Assembly: GCF_009834535.1 (NCBI RefSeq)
Contig: NC_045706.1
Span: 1,798,001-1,862,000 of the forward strand
Reading direction: 5' to 3'
DNA length: 64,000 nt
Source: Camelus ferus
Taxonomy: Eukaryota
The notes beneath the pieces were generated by a model that was not told the origin of the DNA, did no database searches, and worked only from the letters and a program-made list of their open reading frames with translations. Position 1 is the first letter of the stretch. Each line of letters begins with the position of its first letter. This document shows positions 22,919 to 34,000 of this stretch, one piece after another. The position numbers and the translations under genes are program-made.

Positions 22919-24704
22919 AGTGCAAGTGCTGCTTGGGGCCTTTGCTTCAGTCTTCTTGGAGCTCAAGTGTGTGCCTGGCAAGGAGACAGCATCGGAATGC
23001 AGTGTCTGCCAGGGGCGCCCTGGTGACCAGGTGGGATGGACCACACCCAGCAGTGCGCGGTATCTGTGGGCAGAGGGCTCCGGGCCTGCAGGGCTGGGCG
23101 GAGGCTGCAGCCAGCCCTCCTTCCCTTCAGCCCAGCTTCCTGATGGTGAGAGGTTGGGCCATCCAGCCCACTTCCAGCCCGTTTCCGGCCTGCGGCCCCA
23201 GTGCTCCTGCAGCAGTCACCACCAGCCCCCATGGGAGCGTCTAGTCAGGCCCTGTTCTCGATGGTCCAGCTGACACTGCGGGGGGCACAGATGCAAGCGT
23301 GGTCTCCTGTTTCTCAGAGTCTTGGGACACTCAAAGCAACAGCAGAGAGAGCAGCCAGGCGTGGAAACACGCCTCTGCCTGGACGAGGCCCCTCCCCGTT
23401 TCCTGGGGCCCCCCGCATGAAACACGGCCTGGCTGGCCTTGCCCTCACAGGGATGCCGTCCTGGGCCAGGAGGTTCTGCAGGTGGTGGGCTTCGGGTGGT
23501 GTCGGAGGGGAGCCCCAGCCCTACAGAGCATGGACTTGCTCCGTGACCCTTCCTTTTGGACTGAAAGCTGAGCACCTTCTGCAGAAATGTTTCAAAATAT
23601 CAGATCCAGGGAGCAATAGTGTTATTGGTGCTCCATGAGGAGTCCTCAATGAGACACCTGTGCCAGCCGTGGTCCCGAGGGCAGCGCCAGCCTGAAGGGC
23701 GAGGCTGACCCAGGTCTGGGTGGGTGGGCGGGGGGAGGGTGGCAGGCATCAGGCAGACCCTGATGTCACTAACGGTTCCTCGAGATTCCAAAACACCAAA
23801 AAGCATTTTGATGAAAATAAAGCAATTTATTTCCCCAGTGCTTGAGTTAGGAGTGCTCTGAATTAGGACTTGGGGGGGTGGGGGGGGCTACCCACAATAC
23901 TCTGATTCAAAAATTGATAAAACTATCTAATCTGAGAGCACGTGAATGTGAGCAGATGCAACTCAGTTCTCAGTACGTGTGATGAAAGAGTGTTGAAATG
24001 CAAACCGCTGGTTGTCGTGGGGTCCAGCCCCTTCCACCTGCAGGGGAGTATTTACAAGAGAGCGACTTGGCCGTTCCTCTGCCCGTCTGACCGTGGGCCA
24101 GCTGCGCCAGCAGCGTGTGCAGTGGCTCCCGCATCGCTGCCAGTGGTGAGTGCGGTCTCGCCGTGAGGAGCCCTAGCCGCCCCCGCCAGGTGTGCGTAGT
24201 CACTGGCTTGTTTCCAGTGTCTCAGAGTGAAGCATGAAACTGCCCCAACCTCACTCTTTGCTTCAAGGCTGAGAAGTATTTTGCCCTTGGTGCCTCCTTG
24301 TATCCCTGAAAACTCCTTGTGTGCGGACACGGGAGCCCCACGGCCTCCGCTCGGACATGCACGGCCAAGCACGGCAAAGGTCGCGTTTTCAGTCTTCAGT
24401 TCACTCAGCGAGGATTTGCTGCCCGCCTGCCTGGCATCAGCACAGAGGACGTGGGGTCAGCGGCGTGGTCCCCGGGCTTGCCAAGTGCACAGTGCTGGAA
24501 GTAGTGACAAACACCGACCGCCACACAGCACCGAGAGCCCCGGCTTCCAGTGCGCCTGAGGGATGCAGCGCTCCTGGGAAACAGTGCCATGCGAAGCGGG
24601 GAAATTTTATGCAAGTCATCTGCAATTTTGATTCATCAGATACCAGACAACTAAGTATTAAATTAGGGGACACACTAACGTACCTTCCTTTATACATTCA
24701 CTTG

Positions 24705-24835
24705 TTTCCATAAATAGTCATTAAGCATCTACTTTGTGCAAAGAACTGATTGTGGGAAACCTTGAGAAACAAGTACACATCTCTGCCCTTGAGGGGTGCA
24801 CCTCACAACGCACGAAGCAAATGGTAAACAAAGGC
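24705..24835 (-). mobile_element. L2 3' fragment
   Basis: ataaatagtcattaagcatctactttgtgc...catctctgcccttgagg resembles the L2 tail. Confidence 0.55.
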
Positions 24836-25123
24836 GAGGTGTTTTAGGGGGTCGTGTGACACAGTGACAGCATCTGGGACTCAGAGTGACAGACAAGAAG
24901 GGAGGTCCGGGTGCAGAGGGGCTCTCACGGATCAAACGGGGGTCAGAGAGGCACACTGGAAGGTGACCTTTGTGGCAAAGCTGGAAGGAGGTGAGGGGTT
25001 CAGCCCCGTGGCTCTCTGGGGGGGGGGACCATTCCAGCAGCAGGGACAGCCCCCACAGAGACCCAAGTCAGGAGTGAGTCTCACACGCTCAGAGTCCCGC
25101 AGGGAGGATAAAGTGGGTGTAGT

Positions 25124-25262
25124 GGGAGACGGGGTCGGGAGGATGGCGGGGAGACGGGGTCGGGAGCATGGTGGGGAGACGGGGCCTAGAGGATAGCGGG
25201 GAGACGGGATCGGGAGGATGGCGGGAGACGGGGTCGGAGGGATGGTGGGGAGATGGGCATTG
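25124..25262 (+). repeat. 25-bp G-rich minisatellite (~6 units of ggggagacggggtcgggaggatggc)
   Basis: gagac/gagat recurs at 25126, 25151, 25176, 25201, 25225 and 25250. Confidence 0.9.
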
Positions 25263-26169
25263 GAGGAAATTGCAAGACGGACTCCCACTGCTTGTGCCCC
25301 GAGGCCTCTGCAGGGTTGGGACAATGACGTGCCACAGCGTGTCTCATAGTGAGAAGCACCCCTCTGGCTGCTAAGAATAAACTGGGTGGGGGCAAAGGGG
25401 GAAGCAGATGCTCACATGATAAAATTTACTAGAACAAATGTCGTCTATTCACTTCAAGTTGCTGACTCATGTAAACGGATGGCTCAGTTGAAGGTCTGGA
25501 GTGCACCAGCCTGCAGGGACCTTTCTCGGCGCTCTTCTCCCCGGAGTCTGAGCTCCTGGTGGGTCCTCCGACAGACCCGGTTGTCTGCAGTGTCCTCACT
25601 CCTGGGTCGTTGGCAGCTGTGATCCGAGATGGGGAGAGAGACTGATTCAAAGGTTTACAGCTCTTCCCCCCCGGGGGACAGGCTGAGATGGAACAGACGT
25701 CGCTTTCTAGCTGCCGATGCGCTAACCGCTCCAGCCCTGCTAACTGCCGCCACCGCGATGGGAGATGGGAGAACGCGGGCGTCACCTCCAAGACAGTCGC
25801 CTGAGCAGCGCGAACTCCGAGCCTCAGTCCTCCGTCTGCAGGTCAGGAAGCCCTGGTTTCCTCAGAAGTTTCCCAGAAAAGATTTTAATAATTTTGCTCC
25901 ATGGGCTTCATATTTCATCCCAGGATTTTAGCAATTTGTTGTGCTTCACAGCTAGTGATAAACTGCAAAAATATTGTTTGTCTTAGCAGTCATTCATGAA
26001 ATCGCATAGGAAAAGTAGCTGCTTTTCCTAGAAGTGTGTTTCCAGCCGTGGGCTTGAAAGGTGTGTCGGGCCTCTTAGATGCAATGGATTGGGGTCAGCT
26101 GGAGCAGGAAAGAATCAAAACATAAATACTTGATCACCAAGTATTTATATTTTGATGGTAACTACGATG

Positions 26170-26440
26170 AGGGTAACTATGGTTACCCGGGGGGAGGGGG
26201 GAGGAGGGATAAATTGGAATTCTGAGATTTGCAGATACTAACTACCATATATATATAATAGATGAACCTCAAGTTTCTACTGTACAGCACAGGGAGCTCT
26301 ATTCAGAATCTTGTAGTCACCTAGAATGTAAAAGAATCTGAAAATGAATGTCTGTGTGTCTGTGTGTGTATGACTGAAACACGGCGCTGTGCGCGGACAC
26401 TGACACAGTGTTGCCAACCGACTGTACGTCACTAAAAAAG
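26170..26440 (+). mobile_element. 5'-truncated camelid-type L1 3' end
   Basis: aactatggttaccc...gggataaattggaa...cagcacagggagctctattcag...gtatgactgaaaca, ending in an A-rich tail. Confidence 0.85.
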
Positions 26441-29400
26441 GAGGAAATGAGAAGAACAAATACATACATACATGGATACTTGATGATCTGCTTCCGAGAA
26501 TTTTTAAAGAATTAAATCATTTCTTAGAAGTTTAATGGAAATTAAAACCATGGAGTCTCTTTTTTCCTGCAGCCTATATTTAACAGTTTTAAAATTTATG
26601 TTTTCCTGCACCATTAAAAGTGGATTATAGAGTTACGTAAAAACAGTGCTAACTGGGGAAAACATCTGGAGAGAAAAGGGCCAGTGAGCTGCAGAAATGA
26701 GAGGGCAAAGTCCCCAAAGACAGGGAGACTTGAACGCCTGGCCTCGATTCCCTACGTGTGCGCGCGTGTATACGTATGTACTGACACCACACACACGTGT
26801 ATGAACGGTGTCTCCTGCTTATGAAAATATAATGCTGGGAATAAGGGATCAAGAAGGTAGAAATACATGCATTAATAAATCTACAGAATAAATGTAGTTT
26901 CATCAGTAATCATAAATGCAAATGACAAAGGACTCTCAATATTTTCCTGCAAGATTCCCGCCCCCTCTTCTTGACTGCGCTCCCCCTGCGGGAGAAGCTG
27001 CTGGAGACAGTCTCGGAGGCTACTGTTAGCCAGATAAAGTGTCCTTCTGAAAACATTTTGGGAATTCATATCATTTCCTTTATAGACGTTGGCATCCTCT
27101 GAAATTCCGTCTCAGGACGCGGGAAGCTGAGTCTGGGCGGAGCTCTCTGTGATATTTAAAACTGACAGCAACTTGCATCTCCGATGGTCTGAGGTACCAG
27201 TGGTTCTTTGAAGTAACTCTTCTATGTAGCCTTTTAGAAAAGCTATTTACCAAGACCCCGGAGTAACGTGGAATGCTGACCACACGGGGTGTTCCTCAGC
27301 TGCGGAGGCTGGAGGCGGGTGGGGACTTTCAGGAGACGAGTCCCTGCGTCTCAGTCCAGGCCTCCTGTCTCGTGAGCTGGGGAGTGAACTCGGGTGGTGG
27401 GGCGAGGGCGGGAGGGGTCTGCAGGCAGCTCCCGGCGGACGGCTGTCTGTGCGCACGCTCCTTGAGGAGTCAGCACTCCTAGAGCACGATTGCCGTGTTC
27501 TTGGCAATTTTCTACAAACGGCAATTTAAAAGAGAAAGAACACAAGCTTTTTTAAAACTTTTTTCAGGACTCATCAACCTCTCACTCACTTCTTGTGAGC
27601 AAAGATGAGCTATGGCCCAGGTCGTGGGCGATGACTTGGTTAGCAGGCTTCCTCAGAGCCTCTTCTGGGAGGTGCACGTGGGCTCGTGCTGGTTGCAGTG
27701 GTGAGGTGTATCAGGTATCTTCCCAGAGGAGCCGCGTAACAAATGCAAAATCCTGGTGGGGGCAGCAATAGGCGTTAGCTGGGCAGCTGCTTGTCAGGTG
27801 CGGGCTGGCTGGCAGCCACGGGACCAGGATGGTCTCGTGCAGAATCACAGGTGCCCTGCACGGCCCCCGTCCTTGGCCAGCCGTGTGGCATGGGGATGCA
27901 GAAGTGCGAAGAGGGGGAGAGCCCGGCAGCACGGGTGCTTCAAGCCACGGTCGCGTCACATGGGCTCACGTGCCCTCAGCTCCAGGCCAGACGCTGAGGG
28001 TCAGGGAGGAGGCACGACGGTCCCTTCCAGGGCGGGCACCCAGGGCTTCGCTGCGGTTGCCACAGGCAGGACACAGACATCCTCGGGAGCCTTGATTTCT
28101 GAGGTATCCGCCTACTAAGTGGGGTGCTACCGTTTACAAGCTCTTCGTTCTCTTTAAAGACTCAGTCTTTTCAAAAGGAAACGCCCCATCATGGTTGGCT
28201 GGCAGTCTCCTTGGAAGGTTCGCGCGCTCTGGGAGACTTCTGGTCACATCTGCCTCCCCAGGGTGGAGGCCGTCTGGCCAGCAGTGTCTCTGTGATGTTG
28301 GGTCCTCGTGCCGGCCTGGCTGTGCTGGTTTGTGCCCCCTGAGGGGCTTGACCTGAGACCCTCAACAGGGTCTGAGACCCTCTGCTGAGCTCTGTGGGTC
28401 TCCTGTCTTGGTCGGGGGGCCCAGATGGGGTCTTCCTGGCTCGTTCCGCCCCATGGGGGCTCTGCACGTCGGGGAGGCTCCCGTGGTGTTTCTCTGCTGG
28501 AAGCCCCCCGTTCCCTCAGTAGTGCCCCCCCATCCTCAGCTTGCTCCGTCCCTTCCTCCTACCTCCACGACCCCCTACACTTCACGAAGCCAGGGAAACT
28601 TCTGAAAGTTTCACTCAGGCCTGTCTGCCCACCTGGGGGGCTCCTGGCAGTCAGGTCCACCTGCCATCTCCACCCAGGGCCCCAAATATGGAAGCCGGGT
28701 CCTCCGCGGCCCCCACCCGTCTCAGAGCGCTGAGACTCAGTCCGTCGGGGTCTCTCGGTGCCGATGGGAGGTGAAACCTGACCTGTTGGATGACGTCGCG
28801 TGTTGGCTTTTCCCCTTATCTTCCTGCTCCAGTGGCCTTATCTCTTCTTTGAGAAGAGTGAGGACCTGCCTCGATCACACTCGCCCCACCCCACACTGCG
28901 CGTCCTGTGAGGGCGACACCCCGTCCTGTGACTCACCTGTGATTCAGCAGGAGGTGGTGCGGGGTGAGTGGCGTGCGGTGAGGGCAGCCGGGGTCCAGGC
29001 AGATCCTGGCATGACCTGAGGCCGCCCCTTTCCCGGGGCTCGGACTCTCTGAGCCTCAGCTGCTCATCCTGACACTCGCCTCGGAGGGCAGGGCTGGAGG
29101 AGGAGGACACGCGGCGGGCACATCCATCAGCTGGTACCTCCTGCTTATGCGGTTGTCATGCTCTCAGGGGTGGCTCTCAGGATCTGTTTTCTGCACCCCA
29201 AGCAGACGAAGTGCTCAGTTTTGGCGGCCTTGCACACGGCCCCCTGCAGCGTTCCCTCTGTGGCGGTGTGGGGCGCACTGTCCCCCAGCAGCCCCTCAGC
29301 ACTGCGGCCACATGCCTGTTGGGACTTCCCAGGGCTGGTGCGGACCTGGCCTCTCTCCCAGCAGCCAGGGAGCTCCAGCCCTGAGCTCGCAGCCCACGGA

Positions 29401-29769
29401 CAGTGGCATCCCCGGCTGCACACCCACAGCGATCATCTTACTGCCTGCACGAATGGCTCTGCTGAGATGTAATTCAGTGTGGCCTCTCCCTCCACCAACA
29501 GGGGTCCACCAGTTGGCAGAATGTGCCTGTGTCTTTTGCAAAAAGGTTGCTTTAGCCAGTGTTCCTCCACCTGCTAGAGATTTGCTGCAGGTGAAACCCA
29601 CCCGGATTGTGCTTCTCAGCCGGTGCCCTCTGGGGCAGCAGGTGCAGACACAGAGACACGGCAGTGGGAGCCTGAGTGGGCTGGTCGCCCGGCGTCGGGC
29701 AGGCGGGCCGGGGAGCCGGTCATGGGCACGCAGCAGACAAAGGATGGATGACAAAAGTCACACATGCTT

Positions 29770-29930
29770 CTTGAAATACTGCGAACAACAGAAGAGTTTA
29801 TATAATAAACATGAAAATACTGCCTGCAGCCAGTCTGATCTCACTCTGCTGGGAACACGGCTGATGCTGGTAAAAGTGTGTGTGCCGCCTTCTGGGCTTT
29901 CCTTTTCCCATTAATATAGACACACACACA
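29770..29930 (-). mobile_element. L1ME-like 3' terminal fragment followed by a CA-rich microsatellite
   Basis: aacagaagagtttatataataaacatgaaaata...gctgatgctggtaaaagtg resembles the antisense L1ME3/4 end. (CA)n runs from about 29918 to 29966. Confidence 0.45.
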
Positions 29931-30409
29931 CCCACACTCACTCATGGACACACACACACACACACATCCTTATACAAAAGGGAGAACTCTGTCTTTGTGT
30001 GTTCGGTATCCAGTTGCTCATGGAGGCTGTAAGCTCTATTTCCAGTCCACTGTGAGTCCCTTGGGTTATAATAAACGCATGTGCTAAATATTCGTGTGTG
30101 GGCTCACAGCCTCCAAGGCCAGGGTCCGAGCACAGCCTGGCTGGCCTGCAGGTGAATTTAGGGAGGTGGGTCTGGATGGTCAGGGAGCAGATTAGGGACG
30201 GTGCTCCCGTGGGATCCTCAGGCCCTGATGGCTGCAGGCAGGGGAGCCATCACTCCTCAGTGAGGACCCTGAAGCCGGGGTGGTACTGGGGGCAGGACGC
30301 ATCTCTGAGCCACAGCAGCCCCGTGGGCAGGGCACCGGCACAGAATTTTCTCCCATTGAAGAGGGTGCTCGGGCCAGTGTGACCCACCCTGTCCTGCCCA
30401 CAGGCATCG

Positions 30410-30515
30410 CCTCGGGATCCAGGTAACACCAGATTCCAATTCCAGGGTCCGAGGGCCTGAGAGTCTGCATTCCTGCTGCTCGCAGGCTGCTGCCACCACG
30501 GGGACCGCACAGGAG
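30410..30515. mobile_element. MER5A-like (hAT-Charlie) remnant
   Basis: gggcctgagagtctgcattcct...gctgctgccaccacggggaccgcac resembles the recalled MER5A core. Confidence 0.45.
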
Positions 30516-30731
30516 TGGCGCCCGGTGTTTGTTTCCTGAAATCAGGACGGAGTGTCTGTTAGATGCGCAATCACCTGTGAGCCCCTTGGATGTGTATTTA
30601 AATATTAACAGTTAGAATCTCAAAATCCAAGGAAGTGACAGACCCTCTTTAAAGGTCTCCATTCCGTACGTATCACATATATACGGGTGTGCACACACGC
30701 ACCTCGTACACACATGTACACTCGTGTATAT

Positions 30732-31040
30732 TGTGTTAGTCAGGGTTCTACATCCTGAGATGGTGCGACTATAATGAGATTTATTATAGGAAGTTGGCTG
30801 GTGTGATTACAGAGGCTGAGATGTCCCACTGCCCTGTCTGCAAGCTGAGGCCCAGGAGAGCACGTGGGGGGCTCCAAGCCCTCCACGGGGAGCAGGCGGC
30901 CGTGGGGTAGATCCCAGACCACGTCCCAGGGCCTGAGGACCAGAAGCTAAGGGCAGGAGAAGATGCCGTCCTGGCGCTCGGTCAGCAGAGCACGACCCCT
31001 CCTTCCTCTGCCCTTTCGCCCTGTTCGGCCCTGTGTGTGT
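30732..31040 (-). mobile_element. MLT2 (ERVL) LTR remnant
   Basis: Starts tgtgttagtcagggttct and continues gagatttattataggaagttggct, ctgcaagctgaggcccaggagagc, agggcaggagaagatg. Confidence 0.75.
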
Positions 31041-34000
31041 GTGGGGGGGGTGCTCAGCCCCCGGGGGCGGGCAGGTGGCCTCACTGTGCCCGCTGGTCTG
31101 AGGCGGCCATGGCTGTGAGGTCGGTGACCTTGGCTGGGGCGGGCCCATTGCTCTCCACAGCGGCCGCAGGTGGAGAAGCCGCCTAGGAAGGGCTCTGGCC
31201 GGGCTGTGTGGACGGTCAGCTCACTGTGTCGGGGCCGGGGGCTGAGGCTCGTGGACGGACCGTGACTGTCGCCCCCTTCTTGGCTGATCAGAGGAACCTC
31301 CGGGCCAGTCTCTGTGGGGAGGGCCCTGCCCCATAAGCCAGCGAGAGGAAGGGGCAGAGGTGACAGCAACAAAACGGGAACACGTTCTTCCCAAGTCAGA
31401 CTTGAACGCGGTGAGAGGGCTGCTCATCTCAGTCCTGCATCCGTAGTCCCTGCCTTCTCTGGCAGAGCACCCCTGCGTGTTCCCTGGGATTTCACGCCCC
31501 TCCCAGATGCAGAGGCCGATGCCTGCGCTAATGAGGCACTGGCACTTCCACTTAACGCTGCTCAGCCTGGCAGTGCTTTGACCTTCACTTGGAGGGGGTG
31601 ATGCTGGGCAGCCTTCCTGCTGGAGATGGATGCCCCAGCCGGCACCTTGGCAGTTGAAGAGCGAGGGCGGGGAGCATAAAGCACAGTGTGGGTCGTTGAC
31701 CGCCGAGACCCGTTCTCCCTAAAGAACTTGATATTTTATGTGAAGGCATTTAGCTTCCTCCCTGATCCATCATTTGGAAATAAATAATAAAAAAAAAAAT
31801 CTAAGTGGAATTCTGAAGGGAGAATTAGCACCCAGGCTCTGTCCTGCTGGAACGTGGCCCCAGCCGGTCTTGGGATGACCCTGACCCAGAGGTTACGAGA
31901 GGCAGGGACACTCACAAGGTCGTTGAGAGCTGCCGTTTCCAGACTCCGGAACCCATGAAATAGTCCGGATTAATGATCCCGGGATGTTACTAACAAAGCA
32001 AAGGACAGTTGGGGGCAGGAGAGGCGGTGGCCTGTGAGGGACGGGGAGAGGATCAAAGTCAGGACGGAGGGAGGGTTGGAGTGATTGGGGCAGAGGTGGG
32101 AACCGCCCTCCGGGGCCAGACAGGAGAGTGAACGAGCTAGAGGGTCTCCAGCCGGCGTGTCTGGACGGCTGCTGAACACACGGCTTTCAAGGTAACGGCA
32201 CTCAAATTAAAACTTCAGAGCTGGACAGACACCACGAGAAGAGCTTCCCTTTTCTGTTGAAAAATGAGACATAAAGAACAGTATTTGCAAGTGATCGATG
32301 TTTCAATGCGTCTGACTGTAATCCTTTTGTAACAATCACAATGCATCCCTCAGGCTGTGTGCTCCTGTCCGTAGCCCCGTCTATGCATCTATTCAGGCTA
32401 AAACAGCCAATTCTGAGAGACAGCCGGCCTGATGGACCCTTAAACTCAGCTGATCTGGCTGTTCAGCTGAGCTGCAGAGGTCAGTTCCGTGAAAACCACA
32501 GATCTGTGTGATGGTGGTGCCGCCGGCCTCTCCGTCTCCCCCTCGCAGCCTGAGCTGGACGGTCCTTGGAGGTGTTGCCACTTCAGGTCTGCATCAGGGC
32601 ATGGGGGATGCACTGGGCTCCTCTCCTGCCCCAGCCCTGACGACAGGGACCCCAGCCCGCCTGGGAGGAGGCAGAGCCTGAGGCCAGTGCAGGGCCCACC
32701 CTGTCCAGCGCTGCCCACCTCTCAGAGCCCACCTGAGTGCACTCTGCTCTTCATTTGCCAGTTCCGAGCCCACCCCGGGAGGATGAGAAAGGGGGGTGGT
32801 CTCTCCCTAGACCACCTGGCCCAGGTGCAGACATGGGGGCCTTCACGGGGACTGGAGCTGCTGGGGCTCACACCGGCTGTCACATCTCCATCCCTGGTGG
32901 TGACGCCTCACTAAAGGAAAGCTCCCTGCTGGAGACCAGCGGCCACTCCCATGGAAAGTTCTGGAGTGCTGGCCTCTGATGGGGTGGGGCCTGCCAGGGC
33001 AGAGGACTGGGCCAGTTTCCAGCCTCGCTGCTGTGAGGAGGCCACAGGCAGGGGACTTAGCTGGGAGAGCAGGTGACACCTGGGGGAGGGGGAGGGGAGG
33101 GGCGTGTCCTCCCCCAGGGGCCCACCTGGCCTGGGGCAGCCGCCTCCCGCCACCAGGAGCTGACCCCGAGGCCAGCGGTGTCAGAACTCCCCACATTCGG
33201 GCCTTCGTTTTGCTTCTGTGCTTTTATTTTGAAGCAGGAAACCTGTTTCTTCCAAATTTTACACCAACATTAAAATACAACATTTTATCTGTCCATATGC
33301 CCCTCGGCAAAGACAGGATTCTTCTTTGTTCAAAATGAACCTCGTTTCTCGTTGCCTGGGCTTTTAAACTTATAAACTATAATTATTTTTGATTACATGT
33401 ATTTACTATGTGGTTAATTTACCTTGAATGCCTTGAAACCGAATTTGTGGGTGCAGTTCTGTCTCTTCCCCACCAGCTGCTCCATATTTCTCACTTCCTT
33501 TGGTTGTCTGCTTAATAAGACCACACTTCAGTGCCTCAGCTGCGGGGCAGGGAAAACGGCTTCTTCTGAATGCTGATTTCCCCAGCTGTAATCTTCATTT
33601 TTATGGCGCTGAAGGAAAACTTGAAAACCCAATCATTTCCTGGACTTCCCTCTGCTCTTCTGGAAAGGCGGTCTCCCGTTTCTGCTGGGCAGGGAAACAC
33701 CAGGCAAATTAGGTGTTTCAGGGAAATTCATATTTGGGGTCTAGAGGATGTGGCAGTGAGGTGCGTATCCATCAAGGCATCTCGTCTCGTTAGGATGATT
33801 TAAAACAAGCGCACTGATTTGGAGTCTGCATTCATGAGGCCGAGAACACTTACCTGACCCTGAGGCTACCGCCGGGCACCATTACACACGGGTCAGAGCG
33901 TTACTCCCGCGAGGGATGGCGGGTAACACCCTGGACGTGCACTGAGGTGGGAATTTTTCTTCATCTGCATCCCACAGAGCCCATATTTCTCACGTCGTGG

